Source: Acidobacteriota bacterium (GTDB taxonomy: Bacteria; Acidobacteriota; Thermoanaerobaculia; Multivoradales; Multivoraceae). Taken from it: a stretch of DNA of 64,000 nucleotides. The position numbers and the translations under genes were made by a program. Of this stretch, positions 29,304 through 38,740 are shown piece by piece. The notes beneath the pieces were generated by a model. That model was not told the origin of the DNA. It was given only the letters and a program-made list of their open reading frames with translations, and ran no database searches. Where the stretch lies: assembly GCA_036337765.1 (NCBI GenBank), contig JAYZDP010000168.1:3247-67246 (forward strand). Direction: 5' to 3'. Each line of letters opens with the position of its first letter. The first letter of the stretch is position 1.

Positions 29304-30472
29304 TAGCGGAGTACGTCGGGATCGACCTCGAGACTCCACGAGTCGATGCCACCCTTCATGTTCTTCACCTTCGAGAACCCGAACTCCTGGAGCAGATGTA
29401 CCGCCCGGGTCGAACGGGGCCCGTGGTGGCAGTGGGCAACGATGAAGTCTCGTGGGTCGAGCTCACCGATGCGGTCCTGGAGATCGGCCACTGGAATGAC
29501 GATTGAGCCGTCGATACGGCAGATCTCAATCTCCTCGGGATTGCGGACGTCGAGAATCGTGATCTGATCGCCGCGATCGAGCATCTCCTTGACTTCAGTC
29601 ACTGTGATGTCGATGTCGTCGGCGCCCGCGGGCTCCTCGATCGGGATGCCGCAGAACTGTTCGTAGTCGATCAGCTCGATCTGGGTCGGATTCTCCCCGC
29701 ACACCGGGCAGTCCGGGTTGCGACGCAGCTTGAGCTCGCGGAACTTCATGCGCAGGGCATCGAAAAGCGCGAGGCGGCCGATCATAGGCTCACCCTTGCC
29801 GATGATCAGTTTGATCACCTCGTTGGCCTGCAGCGAGCCGATGATGCCAGGCAGCACACCCAGGACCCCGCCCTCGGCGCACGACGGGACGAGCCCCGGC
29901 GGCGGCGGTTCCGGGAAGAGGCACCGGTAGCACGGTCCCTTCTCTGCCCAAAAGACCGAGACCTGCCCCTCGAAGCGGAAGATTGACCCATACACGTTCG
30001 GCTTGCCCGTCAGCACACAGGCGTCGTTGACCAGGTAGCGGGTCGGAAAGTTGTCGGTACCGTCGACCACGATGTCGTAGTCCTTGACGATGTCCAGAGC
30101 GTTGGACGAGTCGAGGCGTACCTGGTGCGGGATCAAGGTGACGTAAGGATTGACGATGTTGAGCCGCTCCATCGCCGCTTCGATCTTGGGCCGGCCGACA
30201 TCGGCCAGACCGTAGAGCAGTTGGCGATGCAGATTCGACTCGTCAACCTCGTCGAACTCGACCAGGCCCAGGGTGCCGACGCCGGCCGCGGCGAGATACA
30301 TCCCGAGCGGCGAGCCAAGCCCACCGGTACCGACCATCAGCACGCGAGCGGCCTTGAGCTTCTGCTGACCGAGCGTGCCGACCTCCGGCATGATCAGGTG
30401 GCGGCTGTAGCGCCGAATCTCCTCTGGGCTCAGGTCCGGCAGGGTGGTCGTGTCGTCTTGTACGAGGGTCAT
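29300..30472 (-). CDS. moeZ: MoeZ/MoeB-type E1-like adenylyltransferase with C-terminal rhodanese domain
   Basis: ThiF/MoeB nucleotide-binding GTGGLGSP. CxxC pairs present. C-terminal rhodanese with catalytic CHHGPRS. Confidence 0.9.
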   Translation of the reverse strand: MTLVQDDTTTLPDLSPEEIRRYSRHLIMPEVGTLGQQKLKAARVLMVGTGGLGSPLGMYLAAAGVGTLGLVEFDEVDESNLHRQLLYGLADVGRPKIEAAMERLNIVNPYVTLIPHQVRLDSSNALDIVKDYDIVVDGTDNFPTRYLVNDACVLTGKPNVYGSIFRFEGQVSVFWAEKGPCYRCLFPEPPPPGLVPSCAEGGVLGVLPGIIGSLQANEVIKLIIGKGEPMIGRLALFDALRMKFRELKLRRNPDCPVCGENPTQIELIDYEQFCGIPIEEPAGADDIDITVTEVKEMLDRGDQITILDVRNPEEIEICRIDGSIVIPVADLQDRIGELDPRDFIVAHCHHGPRSTRAVHLLQEFGFSKVKNMKGGIDSWSLEVDPDVLRY

Positions 30473-30750
30473 GGGGCTCCTCCTGCGATCGACGGGATGA
30501 TCGACAGCGTATCGCCCTCGGAAACCGGCGTCGCATCCTGCTGCAGGTGGCGCACGTCCTCATCGTTGAGGAAGAGATTGACGAAGCTGCGCAGTTTGCC
30601 GTCGTCGCTGTACAGATGGGGCTTGAGCGCCGTGTGCCGCTCGACCAGGCTCGAGAGCGCCTCGCCGACGGTCGTCCCGTCGACCTCCACCTCTCCCGCG
30701 TCGCCTATGAAGCGCTGCAGGGGCGTGGGGGCATGAATCGAAATCGCCAT
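30469..30750 (-). CDS. cysO: CysO-like ubiquitin-fold sulfur carrier protein (ThiS/MoaD family) ending ...IAGG-AP
   Basis: Clear similarity to M. tuberculosis CysO (RFVNIYVNDEDVRF vs SFVNLFLNDEDVRH; ILPAVAGG vs IIPSIAGGAP). AGGAG lies 6 nt before the ATG at 30750. Overlaps the moeZ start by 4 nt. Confidence 0.8.
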   Translation of the reverse strand: MAISIHAPTPLQRFIGDAGEVEVDGTTVGEALSSLVERHTALKPHLYSDDGKLRSFVNLFLNDEDVRHLQQDATPVSEGDTLSIIPSIAGGAP

Positions 30751-30770
30751 GCAGATCTCCTGGTTTCTTG

Positions 30771-31241
30771 CTACTCCGAAGCGGCCGTTGAGACCCCTAC
30801 TCGGCGACCCGCCGCATCGAGGACGGTCTCCTCGTCGAATGCGGTCCGGTCGTCTTTGAGCCTCCAACTACGGCAGTCGGCAACCTCTCCGCTCTGCACG
30901 GAGATGATCAGGTAACTCTGTCCTGGCCAGGCGTGGTCACGGTCGAAATCACTCGGCCGCGCCGGGTGATCGGGGTGCGAATGATAGTAGCCCACGACCT
31001 CGAACTGCCGAGCCCTCGCGCTGCGCTGTGCCTCCATTAGAGCCTGGGGACTGATCAGGAAGCGATTGTGGCGATTCTCGTCCTCACGCTCGTTTCGCGC
31101 CGAGACGATCTCGACCACCTCGGCCTGATCGCCGTTACGGAGAGTCCCGATCATCACCCCGCAGCACTCCTCGGGGTAGGTCGCGCGGCCGTCCGCGTAG
31201 ATCCGCTCGATGTCGTCGTCGGTCAGTTGCAGGCTCATCAT
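30771..31241 (-). CDS. mec: Mec+/JAMM (MPN+) zinc metalloprotease
   Basis: JAMM motif E..(EECCG)...HSHPDHPARPSDFD (HxHx7Sx2D). 156 aa. Confidence 0.8.
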   Translation of the reverse strand: MMSLQLTDDDIERIYADGRATYPEECCGVMIGTLRNGDQAEVVEIVSARNEREDENRHNRFLISPQALMEAQRSARARQFEVVGYYHSHPDHPARPSDFDRDHAWPGQSYLIISVQSGEVADCRSWRLKDDRTAFDEETVLDAAGRRVGVSTAASE

Positions 31242-31735
31242 TCGTCCCAGAAACGCTCAGATAAGTACTTGTCGGCGCTGCCGCAAAGGACCGTCACGAG
31301 AGTGCCGGCCTCGATCTCACGACTGAGCGCGAGCGCCGACGAGACCGGGATCATAAATCGGCGGCACGATCGCTGTCTCCATGTGTTTCATGCCTTCCAG
31401 GCCGTGGAACGGCCCGTCCGGCTCGATGGATACGAGCCGGGCCCTCGATCCTGCTCTCTGAGCGCCTCGCGAATCGCACCGCCGAAGCCTTCCACCGGAT
31501 CAGTCAGGACCAACTCGGCACCGTACGCCGCGAGAATCCGCTTCTCGGGCGACAGCGCGCCCCGCGCGATGGCATCCTCGACCATCGCCAGACCGGGGCG
31601 GTCTTTCACCGATCCGCCGGGGTTGGTGTACTCGGCCTTGGCGAATAGCCGGACCTCTGGATTACCCACCAGGTCGACGACCCGGCACGGCCGAGGCAAG
31701 CCGCGAGAGGTGGGAGGAGTGGAGGTCAGGGCCAT
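31238..31735 (-). pseudogene. cysM: decayed remnant of cysteine synthase cysM/cysK (PLP fold-type II)
   Basis: The N-terminus has the PLP-lysine motif NPGGSVKDRP, but the TSGNTG loop region is deleted. An in-frame TGA lies at 31388-31390. The C-terminal ...LVTVLCGSADKYLSERFWDE is present. Total span is about 500 nt against about 950 nt for an intact gene. Its stop overlaps the mec start (ATGA). Confidence 0.65.
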
Positions 31736-31825
31736 GGGAGCACGGATCCTAGCAAAACGTGACCTTTTTACTAACAATTAGGAAAACGAGCGATTCCGGG
31801 CGCTGGCGGAGCTACAATCCGCTCG

Positions 31826-32473
31826 ATGGACGACACGCCCCACACCGCTGACGACAGGGTCCCTCCCGGTCAGTACGTAACCGACAAGTGGCCAGTTCTG
31901 AGCTACGGACCGACTCCCGAAGTGGATCTCTCCCGATGGCGGCTGCGGATCTTCGGCTCGGTAGCCACCGACCGAGCGCTCAGCTGGGAAGATCTCCAGG
32001 CCCTAGAGAGGACCGATCTCATCGCCGACTTCCACTGCGTGACGCGGTTTTCGACACTCGACAACCCGTGGAGCGGATTCGCCACGCGGCGCATTCTCGA
32101 ACTCGCCGACGTCGCCCCAGAATCGATCCACGTGATGATCCACTGCGCGGATGGCTACACCACCAACCTCCCCCTCGAGGACCTCCTCTCCGAACGGGCG
32201 CTCGTGGCCGATCGTCACGCCGGGGAGCCGCTGGCCGCGGATCACGGTGGGCCCCTGCGGCTGATCGTGCCGCACCTCTATGCCTGGAAGAGCGCCAAGT
32301 GGGTCTCCGGCATCGAGATCCTGGAGAGCGACCGGCGCGGTTTCTGGGAGCAGGCCGGCTACCACACCTACGGCGACCCATGGACCGAGCAGCGCTTCAG
32401 TTCGCAGGAGTTCACGGCAGCGCACCAGGTCCGGCGCCGAGCGAAGGAACTGGGCCTCAAGCTCACCTCCTAG
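31826..32473 (+). CDS. sulfite-oxidase-family molybdopterin-binding oxidoreductase domain protein (YedY/SorA-like)
   Basis: Moco-binding motif ADFHCVTRFS (HCVTxWS). 215 aa. Confidence 0.75.
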   Translation: MDDTPHTADDRVPPGQYVTDKWPVLSYGPTPEVDLSRWRLRIFGSVATDRALSWEDLQALERTDLIADFHCVTRFSTLDNPWSGFATRRILELADVAPESIHVMIHCADGYTTNLPLEDLLSERALVADRHAGEPLAADHGGPLRLIVPHLYAWKSAKWVSGIEILESDRRGFWEQAGYHTYGDPWTEQRFSSQEFTAAHQVRRRAKELGLKLTS

Positions 32474-32488
32474 GAAGCACCGCCACCT

Positions 32489-32950
32489 TCAGCGCGCGAT
32501 CTCTTCGAGCTTCTGGCGTAGCTTGGCGCGATCTTCGATGCCGCGCGCGATGATCAGGATCGTGTCGTCTCCCGCCAATGTGCCGACGACCTCTGGCAGC
32601 CCACACTCGTCGAGTGCCACAGCGACAGCGTTGGCGCGACCGCTCAGGGTTCTGAGCACGAGCAGCGAGTCGCCCGTGTCGATCTTGGTCAGGTACTGCT
32701 CGCAGGCACGGCTCAACTGCCGTTCGAGTCGCTGCTGCGAAGGGCCGCCAGTGCCAGGCGCGGCGTAGCGATAGCCGCCGCGACGTGCCGGCCGTTTGAC
32801 CAGGCCAAGGCGCTTGACGTCTCGTGAGACGGTCGCCTGTGTGACGTCGAAGCCGCGGTCACGGAGGCGCTCGACAAGCGAAGACTGGTTGGCGACAACC
32901 GAGTCCTCGACGATCTCGAGGATGGCGTGCTCGCGAGCCCGTTGGCTCAC
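32489..32950 (-). CDS. argR: arginine repressor
   Basis: N-terminal winged helix (SQSSLVERLRDRGFDVTQATVSRDVKRLGL) and a C-terminal oligomerisation/arginine-binding domain (GDDTILII). Confidence 0.9.
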   Translation of the reverse strand: MSQRAREHAILEIVEDSVVANQSSLVERLRDRGFDVTQATVSRDVKRLGLVKRPARRGGYRYAAPGTGGPSQQRLERQLSRACEQYLTKIDTGDSLLVLRTLSGRANAVAVALDECGLPEVVGTLAGDDTILIIARGIEDRAKLRQKLEEIAR

Positions 32951-34407
32951 AGAGCGTCTCCCGCGAGTCGACCCTCATCGTAGGCTCGGCGAATGGGCGA
33001 GGCCTCGATACCGTCGAGCCAATCACCGAGCTCGCCCAGGGCGCCTGCAGCCTCTTCGAGCTGGTCGCCGACACTCTCGGGCGCCGGGCCGCCGCGGTGC
33101 CGCTTTCGTCCAGCCGAGCTCTCGGGACGCAGAATTTCGAACACGTCGGCCTCGATCTGTGATGAGACCTCCTGAAGCTCGGCGAGCTCGAGCTCCCACA
33201 GCTCTCCACCCTTCTCTTCGGCGCTACGCACCGCCTGACCCGCCAGGTGGTGCGCCGAACGGAACGCCACCCCCTTCGCCACCAGGTAGTCGGCGAGGTC
33301 GGTGGCGGTGAGAAACCCTCCGACCAAGGCCGCCGCCATCCGGTCGGGACAGAAGTTCAGGCCTCCGGCGATCGCTGCGGCACACTCGAGCGAGGCAGCT
33401 GCCGTGTCGAGAGCGTCGAACAGGCCCTCCTTGTCTTCCTGCAGATCGCTGTTGTACGTCAGCGGCAGACCCTGAAGCACACTGAGAAGGCCCGCGAGAT
33501 CTCCGATCACGCGCCCCGTCTTCCCGCGCAGGATCTCCGCCGCTTCCGGGTTCTTCTTCTGCGGCATGAGGCTCGATCCCTTGGCGATCGAGTCGTCCAG
33601 GGTCGCGAAGCCAAACTCGGGCGTCGTCCATAGGATCACCTCGGTCGCGAAGCGTGACAGGTGCACCATCGCCAGCGAAGAGACGAAGATCGCCTCGGCC
33701 ACGTAGTCGCGATCGCTAACGGCCAACATGGAGTTCGGGTACGAGTCGACAAAGCCCAGGAGCTCGGCGCTGCGCTTGGGTGCGATCGGGTAGGGAGATC
33801 CGGCGAGCGCGCCGGCGCCGAGCGGGCTGCGGAAGCCACCGTCGTGCAGCGTGCGCAGGCGCCGCGCATCCGCCTCGAACGACCAGAAATGTGCCAGCAG
33901 ATGATGGGCCAACGATACCGGCTGGCCGCGCTGCAGATGCGTATATCCGGGCAGCCACGTCTCGCGATGCTCTGCGGCGAGGTCGAGCCAGAGCTCGAGA
34001 AGCAGACCCGTTCGGCGTGCCAGGTCGACGAGGCTCGTACGCACGTACAGGCGCAGGGCCGTCGCGGTCTGATCGTTGCGCGAGCGAGCCGTGTGCAGAC
34101 GCAGCGCAGGCTCGCCGATCCGATCCGTCAAGTTGCGCTCGATCCAGCTGTGAACGTCCTCGTCCGGCCCCTCGACCTGGAGGACCCCGGCCTCGATGTC
34201 GGCTAGGAGGCTCGCCAGGCCAGCCAAGATGGCTTGGCCGTCGCTGCCGGTCAGGACCTCCTGCTCCAAGAGCATGCGCGCGTGCGCCATCGAGCCCTCG
34301 AGATCGTGCGACACCAAGCGCCGGTCGAAGGACAGCGCCGAGGTGAAGGCGTCGATGCGGGCATCCACGCCGCCTGAGAACCGTCCTCCCCAGAGCTTCT
34401 GGCTCAC
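32947..34407 (-). CDS. argH: argininosuccinate lyase
   Basis: MSQKLWGGRFSGG N-terminus and fumarate-lyase signature GSSLMPQKKNP. Confidence 0.95.
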   Translation of the reverse strand: MSQKLWGGRFSGGVDARIDAFTSALSFDRRLVSHDLEGSMAHARMLLEQEVLTGSDGQAILAGLASLLADIEAGVLQVEGPDEDVHSWIERNLTDRIGEPALRLHTARSRNDQTATALRLYVRTSLVDLARRTGLLLELWLDLAAEHRETWLPGYTHLQRGQPVSLAHHLLAHFWSFEADARRLRTLHDGGFRSPLGAGALAGSPYPIAPKRSAELLGFVDSYPNSMLAVSDRDYVAEAIFVSSLAMVHLSRFATEVILWTTPEFGFATLDDSIAKGSSLMPQKKNPEAAEILRGKTGRVIGDLAGLLSVLQGLPLTYNSDLQEDKEGLFDALDTAAASLECAAAIAGGLNFCPDRMAAALVGGFLTATDLADYLVAKGVAFRSAHHLAGQAVRSAEEKGGELWELELAELQEVSSQIEADVFEILRPESSAGRKRHRGGPAPESVGDQLEEAAGALGELGDWLDGIEASPIRRAYDEGRLAGDAL

Positions 34408-34422
34408 GCCTCCTCCTCCGCC

Positions 34423-35607
34423 TCAGCCCGCAGGTTTCTCGGTCAGAAACGACGACACCACGCGCGAGAAGATCCCGAGCGCCCGATCGACCTCGCTGGA
34501 CTTGACGTTCAGCGGCGGCGCGAACCGGATACTGGTGGGTCGAACGGCGTTGACCAGAAGACCCTCCTCGAGACACTTCACCGCTACCGGACCGGCCTCG
34601 ATGGCGAGCTCGGCGGCGACCAGCAGGCCCATGCCGCGGGTCGAGACGACCCCCTCGATGCTTTCGAGCTCCGAGCGCATACGGTCCCCCATCTCGGCCA
34701 CGTTGACGAGCAGGCCCTCTTCCTCGATCGTCTCGAGCACCGCGACCGCGGCCGCACAGGCCAGCGGGTTGCCACCGAAAGTCGTTCCGTGGTCACCGGG
34801 AACGAGGATCTCGGCGGCCTCGCCGCGAGCCAGCGTTGCACCGATCGGCACTCCGCCGCCGAGGCCCTTGCCGAGGGTCATGACGTCCGGAACTACGCCG
34901 TAGTGCTGATAGGCGAACAGCGGTCCGGTCCGACCAACGCCAGTCTGGACCTCGTCTAGGACGAAGAGCAGGTCGTGGTCGCGGCACAGCTCCGCGATGC
35001 CATTTACATACTCGGGCGAGCCGGGCACGACGCCATTCTCGCCCTGCATCGGCTCGATCAGGATCGCGCAGGTTTTGTCCCCGATCGCCCCGCGGGCAGC
35101 CTCTAGATCGTTGTAGTCGACGAAGACGAAGCCTTCGGGCAGCGGACCGAAGCCCTGGTGGTAGCGGGGAGTGCCGGTAGCGGCCAGACTCCCGAGGGTC
35201 CGACCGTGGAAGCCGCCGTGGGTGACGATGATCTCGTAGCGCCCGCTGGCATTGCCCCGCTTGCGCGCGATCTTGATGGCGGCCTCGTTGGCCTCCGTGC
35301 CGCTGTTACAGAAGAAGACACGATCCATGCCCTCGCCACGGCTGCGACTGCCTTGGATCAGAAGCTCGGCGGCTCTCTCCTGCTCGGGAATGCGGTAGAA
35401 GTTGGAGACGTGGATGTAGCGCTCGGCCTGGCCGGCAATCGCCCTGACCAGGCGCGAGTGGGCGTGGCCCAGACTCGAGGTCGCGATGCCGGCGAGGAAG
35501 TCGAGGTACTCGTGGCCGCGTGCGTCCCACAGATGCACACCACGACCGTGAGTGAACGAGACCTGGTACCGACCGTAGTTTTGAAACAGATAGTCGTCGC
35601 CGCTCAT
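34423..35607 (-). CDS. argD: acetylornithine aminotransferase (class III)
   Basis: Class-III aminotransferase layout with PLP-lysine context DVMTLGKGLGGG. 394 aa. Confidence 0.9.
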   Translation of the reverse strand: MSGDDYLFQNYGRYQVSFTHGRGVHLWDARGHEYLDFLAGIATSSLGHAHSRLVRAIAGQAERYIHVSNFYRIPEQERAAELLIQGSRSRGEGMDRVFFCNSGTEANEAAIKIARKRGNASGRYEIIVTHGGFHGRTLGSLAATGTPRYHQGFGPLPEGFVFVDYNDLEAARGAIGDKTCAILIEPMQGENGVVPGSPEYVNGIAELCRDHDLLFVLDEVQTGVGRTGPLFAYQHYGVVPDVMTLGKGLGGGVPIGATLARGEAAEILVPGDHGTTFGGNPLACAAAVAVLETIEEEGLLVNVAEMGDRMRSELESIEGVVSTRGMGLLVAAELAIEAGPVAVKCLEEGLLVNAVRPTSIRFAPPLNVKSSEVDRALGIFSRVVSSFLTEKPAG

Positions 35608-36488
35608 GATTGGGGGGCTCCCTTTTCCTTGCGGATCATCGTTCCGACGCCGGACTCGGTGAAGAGCTCCACCAACACGCCGTGGGGCTCTCCCGCGGCG
35701 ATGATGTGCGAGCTCGGTACGCCGTCGACAACGGCGCTGACGCAGGCCTCGAGCTTCGGCACCATGCCGCTGGAGACCACGCCGGTCTTCATCAGATCCG
35801 CCGCCTCGTCGGGATTCAGCGTCGTGATGCGTTGCTCACCGTTGCATGTGGGGCCATGGATGCCCTGCACATCGGTCAGCACGATCAGCTTTTCCGCCCC
35901 CAGAGCGACGGCCAGGCCCGCGGCCACTGTGTCGGCGTTGAGGTTGTAGGTCTCGCCGGCGGGACCGAAGCCGATGGAGCACACCACCGGAATGTAGTTT
36001 TCACGGACCAGAAGCTCGATGATCTCACTCGAGACCTGCTTAACCTCGCCGACGAAGCCGAGCTCGGCGGCGCGTGGGTGGGGGCTCGCTTCGAGTAGCT
36101 TGCCGTCCTTCCCCGACAGCCCGACGGCCCGGCCACCGTGGTCCTGGATCATCGAGACCAGGCGCTTGTTCACACGTCCGGCGAGCACCATCTCGACCAC
36201 GTCGACCGTCTCCTGATCGGTCACCCGAAGACCGTCGATGAACTGGGGCTGAATGCCGAGCCGTTCGAGAGTGCGCGAAATCTCGGGTCCGCCGCCGTGC
36301 ACGAGCACCGGGCGCAACCCCGACTGCTGCAGTAGCACGAGGTCCTCGACCAGGGTGCCAATCTCATTCTTTTCGAGCGCGCGGCCGCCGAACTTCACCA
36401 CCACCCGTTTGCGGCGCCACTCGGCGACGTAGCGCAGAGCGCGGTCGAGCTGGGCTCCGAAGTCGGCGTGATTCTCGGAGTCGGTCAC
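35604..36488 (-). CDS. argB: acetylglutamate kinase
   Basis: RVVVKFGG nucleotide-binding start and amino-acid-kinase fold. GTG start at 36488 overlaps the argJ stop (GTGA); the listed ORF opens at 36542. Confidence 0.85.
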   Translation of the reverse strand: MTDSENHADFGAQLDRALRYVAEWRRKRVVVKFGGRALEKNEIGTLVEDLVLLQQSGLRPVLVHGGGPEISRTLERLGIQPQFIDGLRVTDQETVDVVEMVLAGRVNKRLVSMIQDHGGRAVGLSGKDGKLLEASPHPRAAELGFVGEVKQVSSEIIELLVRENYIPVVCSIGFGPAGETYNLNADTVAAGLAVALGAEKLIVLTDVQGIHGPTCNGEQRITTLNPDEAADLMKTGVVSSGMVPKLEACVSAVVDGVPSSHIIAAGEPHGVLVELFTESGVGTMIRKEKGAPQS

Positions 36489-37714
36489 GAGATGTAGCTC
36501 CCGTTGATGCGGATGTACTCCTCGGTCAGGTCCGACGTCCACACGGTGGTGGCGGCGGCGCCAGACGCGAGGTCGATCCGCACGTCGACGTTGGGCTTGC
36601 GCAGCTCTGCCTCGGCCGCAGCCAGGTTGTCGTCGACGACCATGCCACCCTCGGCGACCAGGACGCTGTTGAACCAGATGCGCGTCTCGGCCTCTACCAT
36701 TGCGACCGAGGCCCGACCCGCGGCGGCGATGATCCGGCCCCAGTTCGCCTGGCAGCCGTAAAAGGCGGTCTTGACCAGCGGCGAGGTGGCGATCGTGTTC
36801 GCGGCCCTCTTCGCCTCTGCGGCATCGGCCGCCCCCTCGACGGTAACGCCGATCAGTTTGGTTCCACCCTCGGCGTCGCGCACCACCATCTTCGCCAACT
36901 CGAGGGCGACGGCCGCGAGGCCGGCGACGAAGGCGTCGAAGTCGGGGCCGCTGTCCGGTACCTCCACTCCCGCCGCACCGTTGGCGAGCGCGAGAGCCGT
37001 GTCGTTGGTACTGGTGTCACCGTCCACCGTGATGCAGTTGAACGAGCCGTCAATAGCGGCCCCTAGCGCCTCTTGCAGCACCGGCGCCGGAACCGCCGCA
37101 TCGGTGGTCAGAAAGCACAGAGTCGTTGCCATGTCCGGGTGGATCATGCCCGCGCCTTTCGACATGCCGCCGACCACGACCTCACCGCCGGCCAGGCGGA
37201 TGCGGGCCGCAGACGTTTTCGGCACGGTATCTGTGGTCAGGACCGCCTCGGCCGCGGCGGCACCGCTCGAGCCGAGCTCGGCGACCACCTTCGGAATCCC
37301 GGCGCGAACGGCAGCCATATCGAGCCACGCACCAATGTGCCCCGTGGAGCACACCGCCACATGGCTCGACACCAACCCCAGCTCCTCGGCGAGCTGCGAG
37401 GCCATATCCTGGGCGTCGTTCATGCCGCGCTCGCCGGTGCAACAGTTGGCGTTGCCACTGTTGCACAGGATTGCCCGTGCGGCGCCTCCAGCCACCACGC
37501 GCTGCGACACCAGGACCGGCGCGGCTTTGACCACGTTGCGGGTGAAGACTCCCGCCACCGTCGCCGGACGGTCGGACAGGATCAGGGCGAGATCGAGCTT
37601 CGATCGCTTCAGACCGCAGTGCACGCCGGCCGCGCGATAGCCCGCCGGAGCCGTGATGTCGCCGGCGAAGAGCTCGTGGATGGAATCGCTCACGGATACA
37701 GAGGCGGTAGCCAT
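36485..37714 (-). CDS. argJ: bifunctional glutamate N-acetyltransferase / amino-acid N-acetyltransferase
   Basis: GYRAAGVHCGLK, KLDLALI, and the autoproteolytic ATML-type site (ATTLCFLTTDA). ATG at 37714 is preceded by GAGGAGGAAGG. Confidence 0.9.
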   Translation of the reverse strand: MATASVSVSDSIHELFAGDITAPAGYRAAGVHCGLKRSKLDLALILSDRPATVAGVFTRNVVKAAPVLVSQRVVAGGAARAILCNSGNANCCTGERGMNDAQDMASQLAEELGLVSSHVAVCSTGHIGAWLDMAAVRAGIPKVVAELGSSGAAAAEAVLTTDTVPKTSAARIRLAGGEVVVGGMSKGAGMIHPDMATTLCFLTTDAAVPAPVLQEALGAAIDGSFNCITVDGDTSTNDTALALANGAAGVEVPDSGPDFDAFVAGLAAVALELAKMVVRDAEGGTKLIGVTVEGAADAAEAKRAANTIATSPLVKTAFYGCQANWGRIIAAAGRASVAMVEAETRIWFNSVLVAEGGMVVDDNLAAAEAELRKPNVDVRIDLASGAAATTVWTSDLTEEYIRINGSYIS

Positions 37715-38721
37715 AGGCCTTCCTCCTCGGGCAAGCCGAACATCAGGTTCATGCACTGAATCGCCTGACCCGCGGCCCCCTTGACCAGGTTGTCGAGTGC
37801 CGCGACCCCGACCAGGAGCGAGCGCTCGGGCGAGACCACGACCGATACGTCGCAGAAGTTGGATCCCTGGGTCGCCTTCGTCTCCGGCAACTTGTCGGTG
37901 AGGACGCGGACGAAGGGCTTGTCGTCGTAGTAGGAGACGTAGAGCTCTTCGGCCTCGCCGGAGCCGAGCGGCTCGGCCAGCTGCAGGTAGCAGGTCGATA
38001 CGATGCCGCGGGTCATGGGGATCAGGTGCGGCGAGAAGAAGACCGACTCCGGTGCCCCGGCATCGGCGAGCGTCTGCTCCATCTCAGGCATGTGCCGGTG
38101 CTTCCCGAGGCTGTAGGGGCGCACGTTCTCGTTGATCTCACCGAAGTGAGAGCTGAGATTGGCAGCACGGCCCCGGCCGGAGACACCGGACTTGGCGTCG
38201 ACGATGACCGTGGCGCCGGGCTGGCGCAGCACAAGCCCGGGAAGCAGGGCCAGAGCGGCGGCCGTCGGATAGCAGCCCGGGCAGGCCGTTAGACGCGCAC
38301 AGGCCAGGGCCTCGCGGTTTAGCTCCGGCAGACCATAGACAGCTTCCGGCAGCAGGTCCGGTGCCGCGTGCTCGGCGCCATACCAGGTGGCGTAGACCTC
38401 GGGGTCGTGCAGCCGGAAGTCGGCACCGATATCCACTACCTTCGCTCCCGCCTCGAGCAGGGTCGGGGCAGCCTCGACCGACAGGCCGTGAGGCAGGGCC
38501 AGAAAGACGACGTCGGAAGCGTCGCCGAGCGCTGCCCAATCGGCCTCGACGAGCTCGCGCTCCTCGATCGAGCGGAAGCCGGGAAACGACTCGTCCATCC
38601 GCAGCCCGCTCTGCGAGCTCGCGGTGAGCGAGGCGAGCTCCACGCCCGAATGGCCCAATAGCAGCCGAACGAGCTCACTTCCCGAGTAGCCGGAGGCTCC
38701 GACAACGCTTGCACGAATCAT
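37690..38721 (-). CDS. argC: N-acetyl-gamma-glutamyl-phosphate reductase
   Basis: MIRASVVGASGYSG N-terminus and active-site Cys in PGCYPTAA. Alternative ATG at 38739 (MNNDSF...). Confidence 0.9.
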   Translation of the reverse strand: MIRASVVGASGYSGSELVRLLLGHSGVELASLTASSQSGLRMDESFPGFRSIEERELVEADWAALGDASDVVFLALPHGLSVEAAPTLLEAGAKVVDIGADFRLHDPEVYATWYGAEHAAPDLLPEAVYGLPELNREALACARLTACPGCYPTAAALALLPGLVLRQPGATVIVDAKSGVSGRGRAANLSSHFGEINENVRPYSLGKHRHMPEMEQTLADAGAPESVFFSPHLIPMTRGIVSTCYLQLAEPLGSGEAEELYVSYYDDKPFVRVLTDKLPETKATQGSNFCDVSVVVSPERSLLVGVAALDNLVKGAAGQAIQCMNLMFGLPEEEGLWLPPLYP

Positions 38722-38722
38722 G

Positions 38723-38740
38723 AATGAATCATTATTCATT
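38723..38740 (-). promoter_or_regulatory. ARG box (ArgR operator) AATGAATcattATTCATT overlapping the argC start and promoter
   Basis: Matches the TnTGAATwwwwATTCAnw consensus (TGAAT-N4-ATTCA). It sits in the only AT-rich patch of the region. A sigma70-like TTGCAT-N17-AATAAT on the minus strand (38759-38754 / 38736-38731) overlaps it. Confidence 0.6.
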
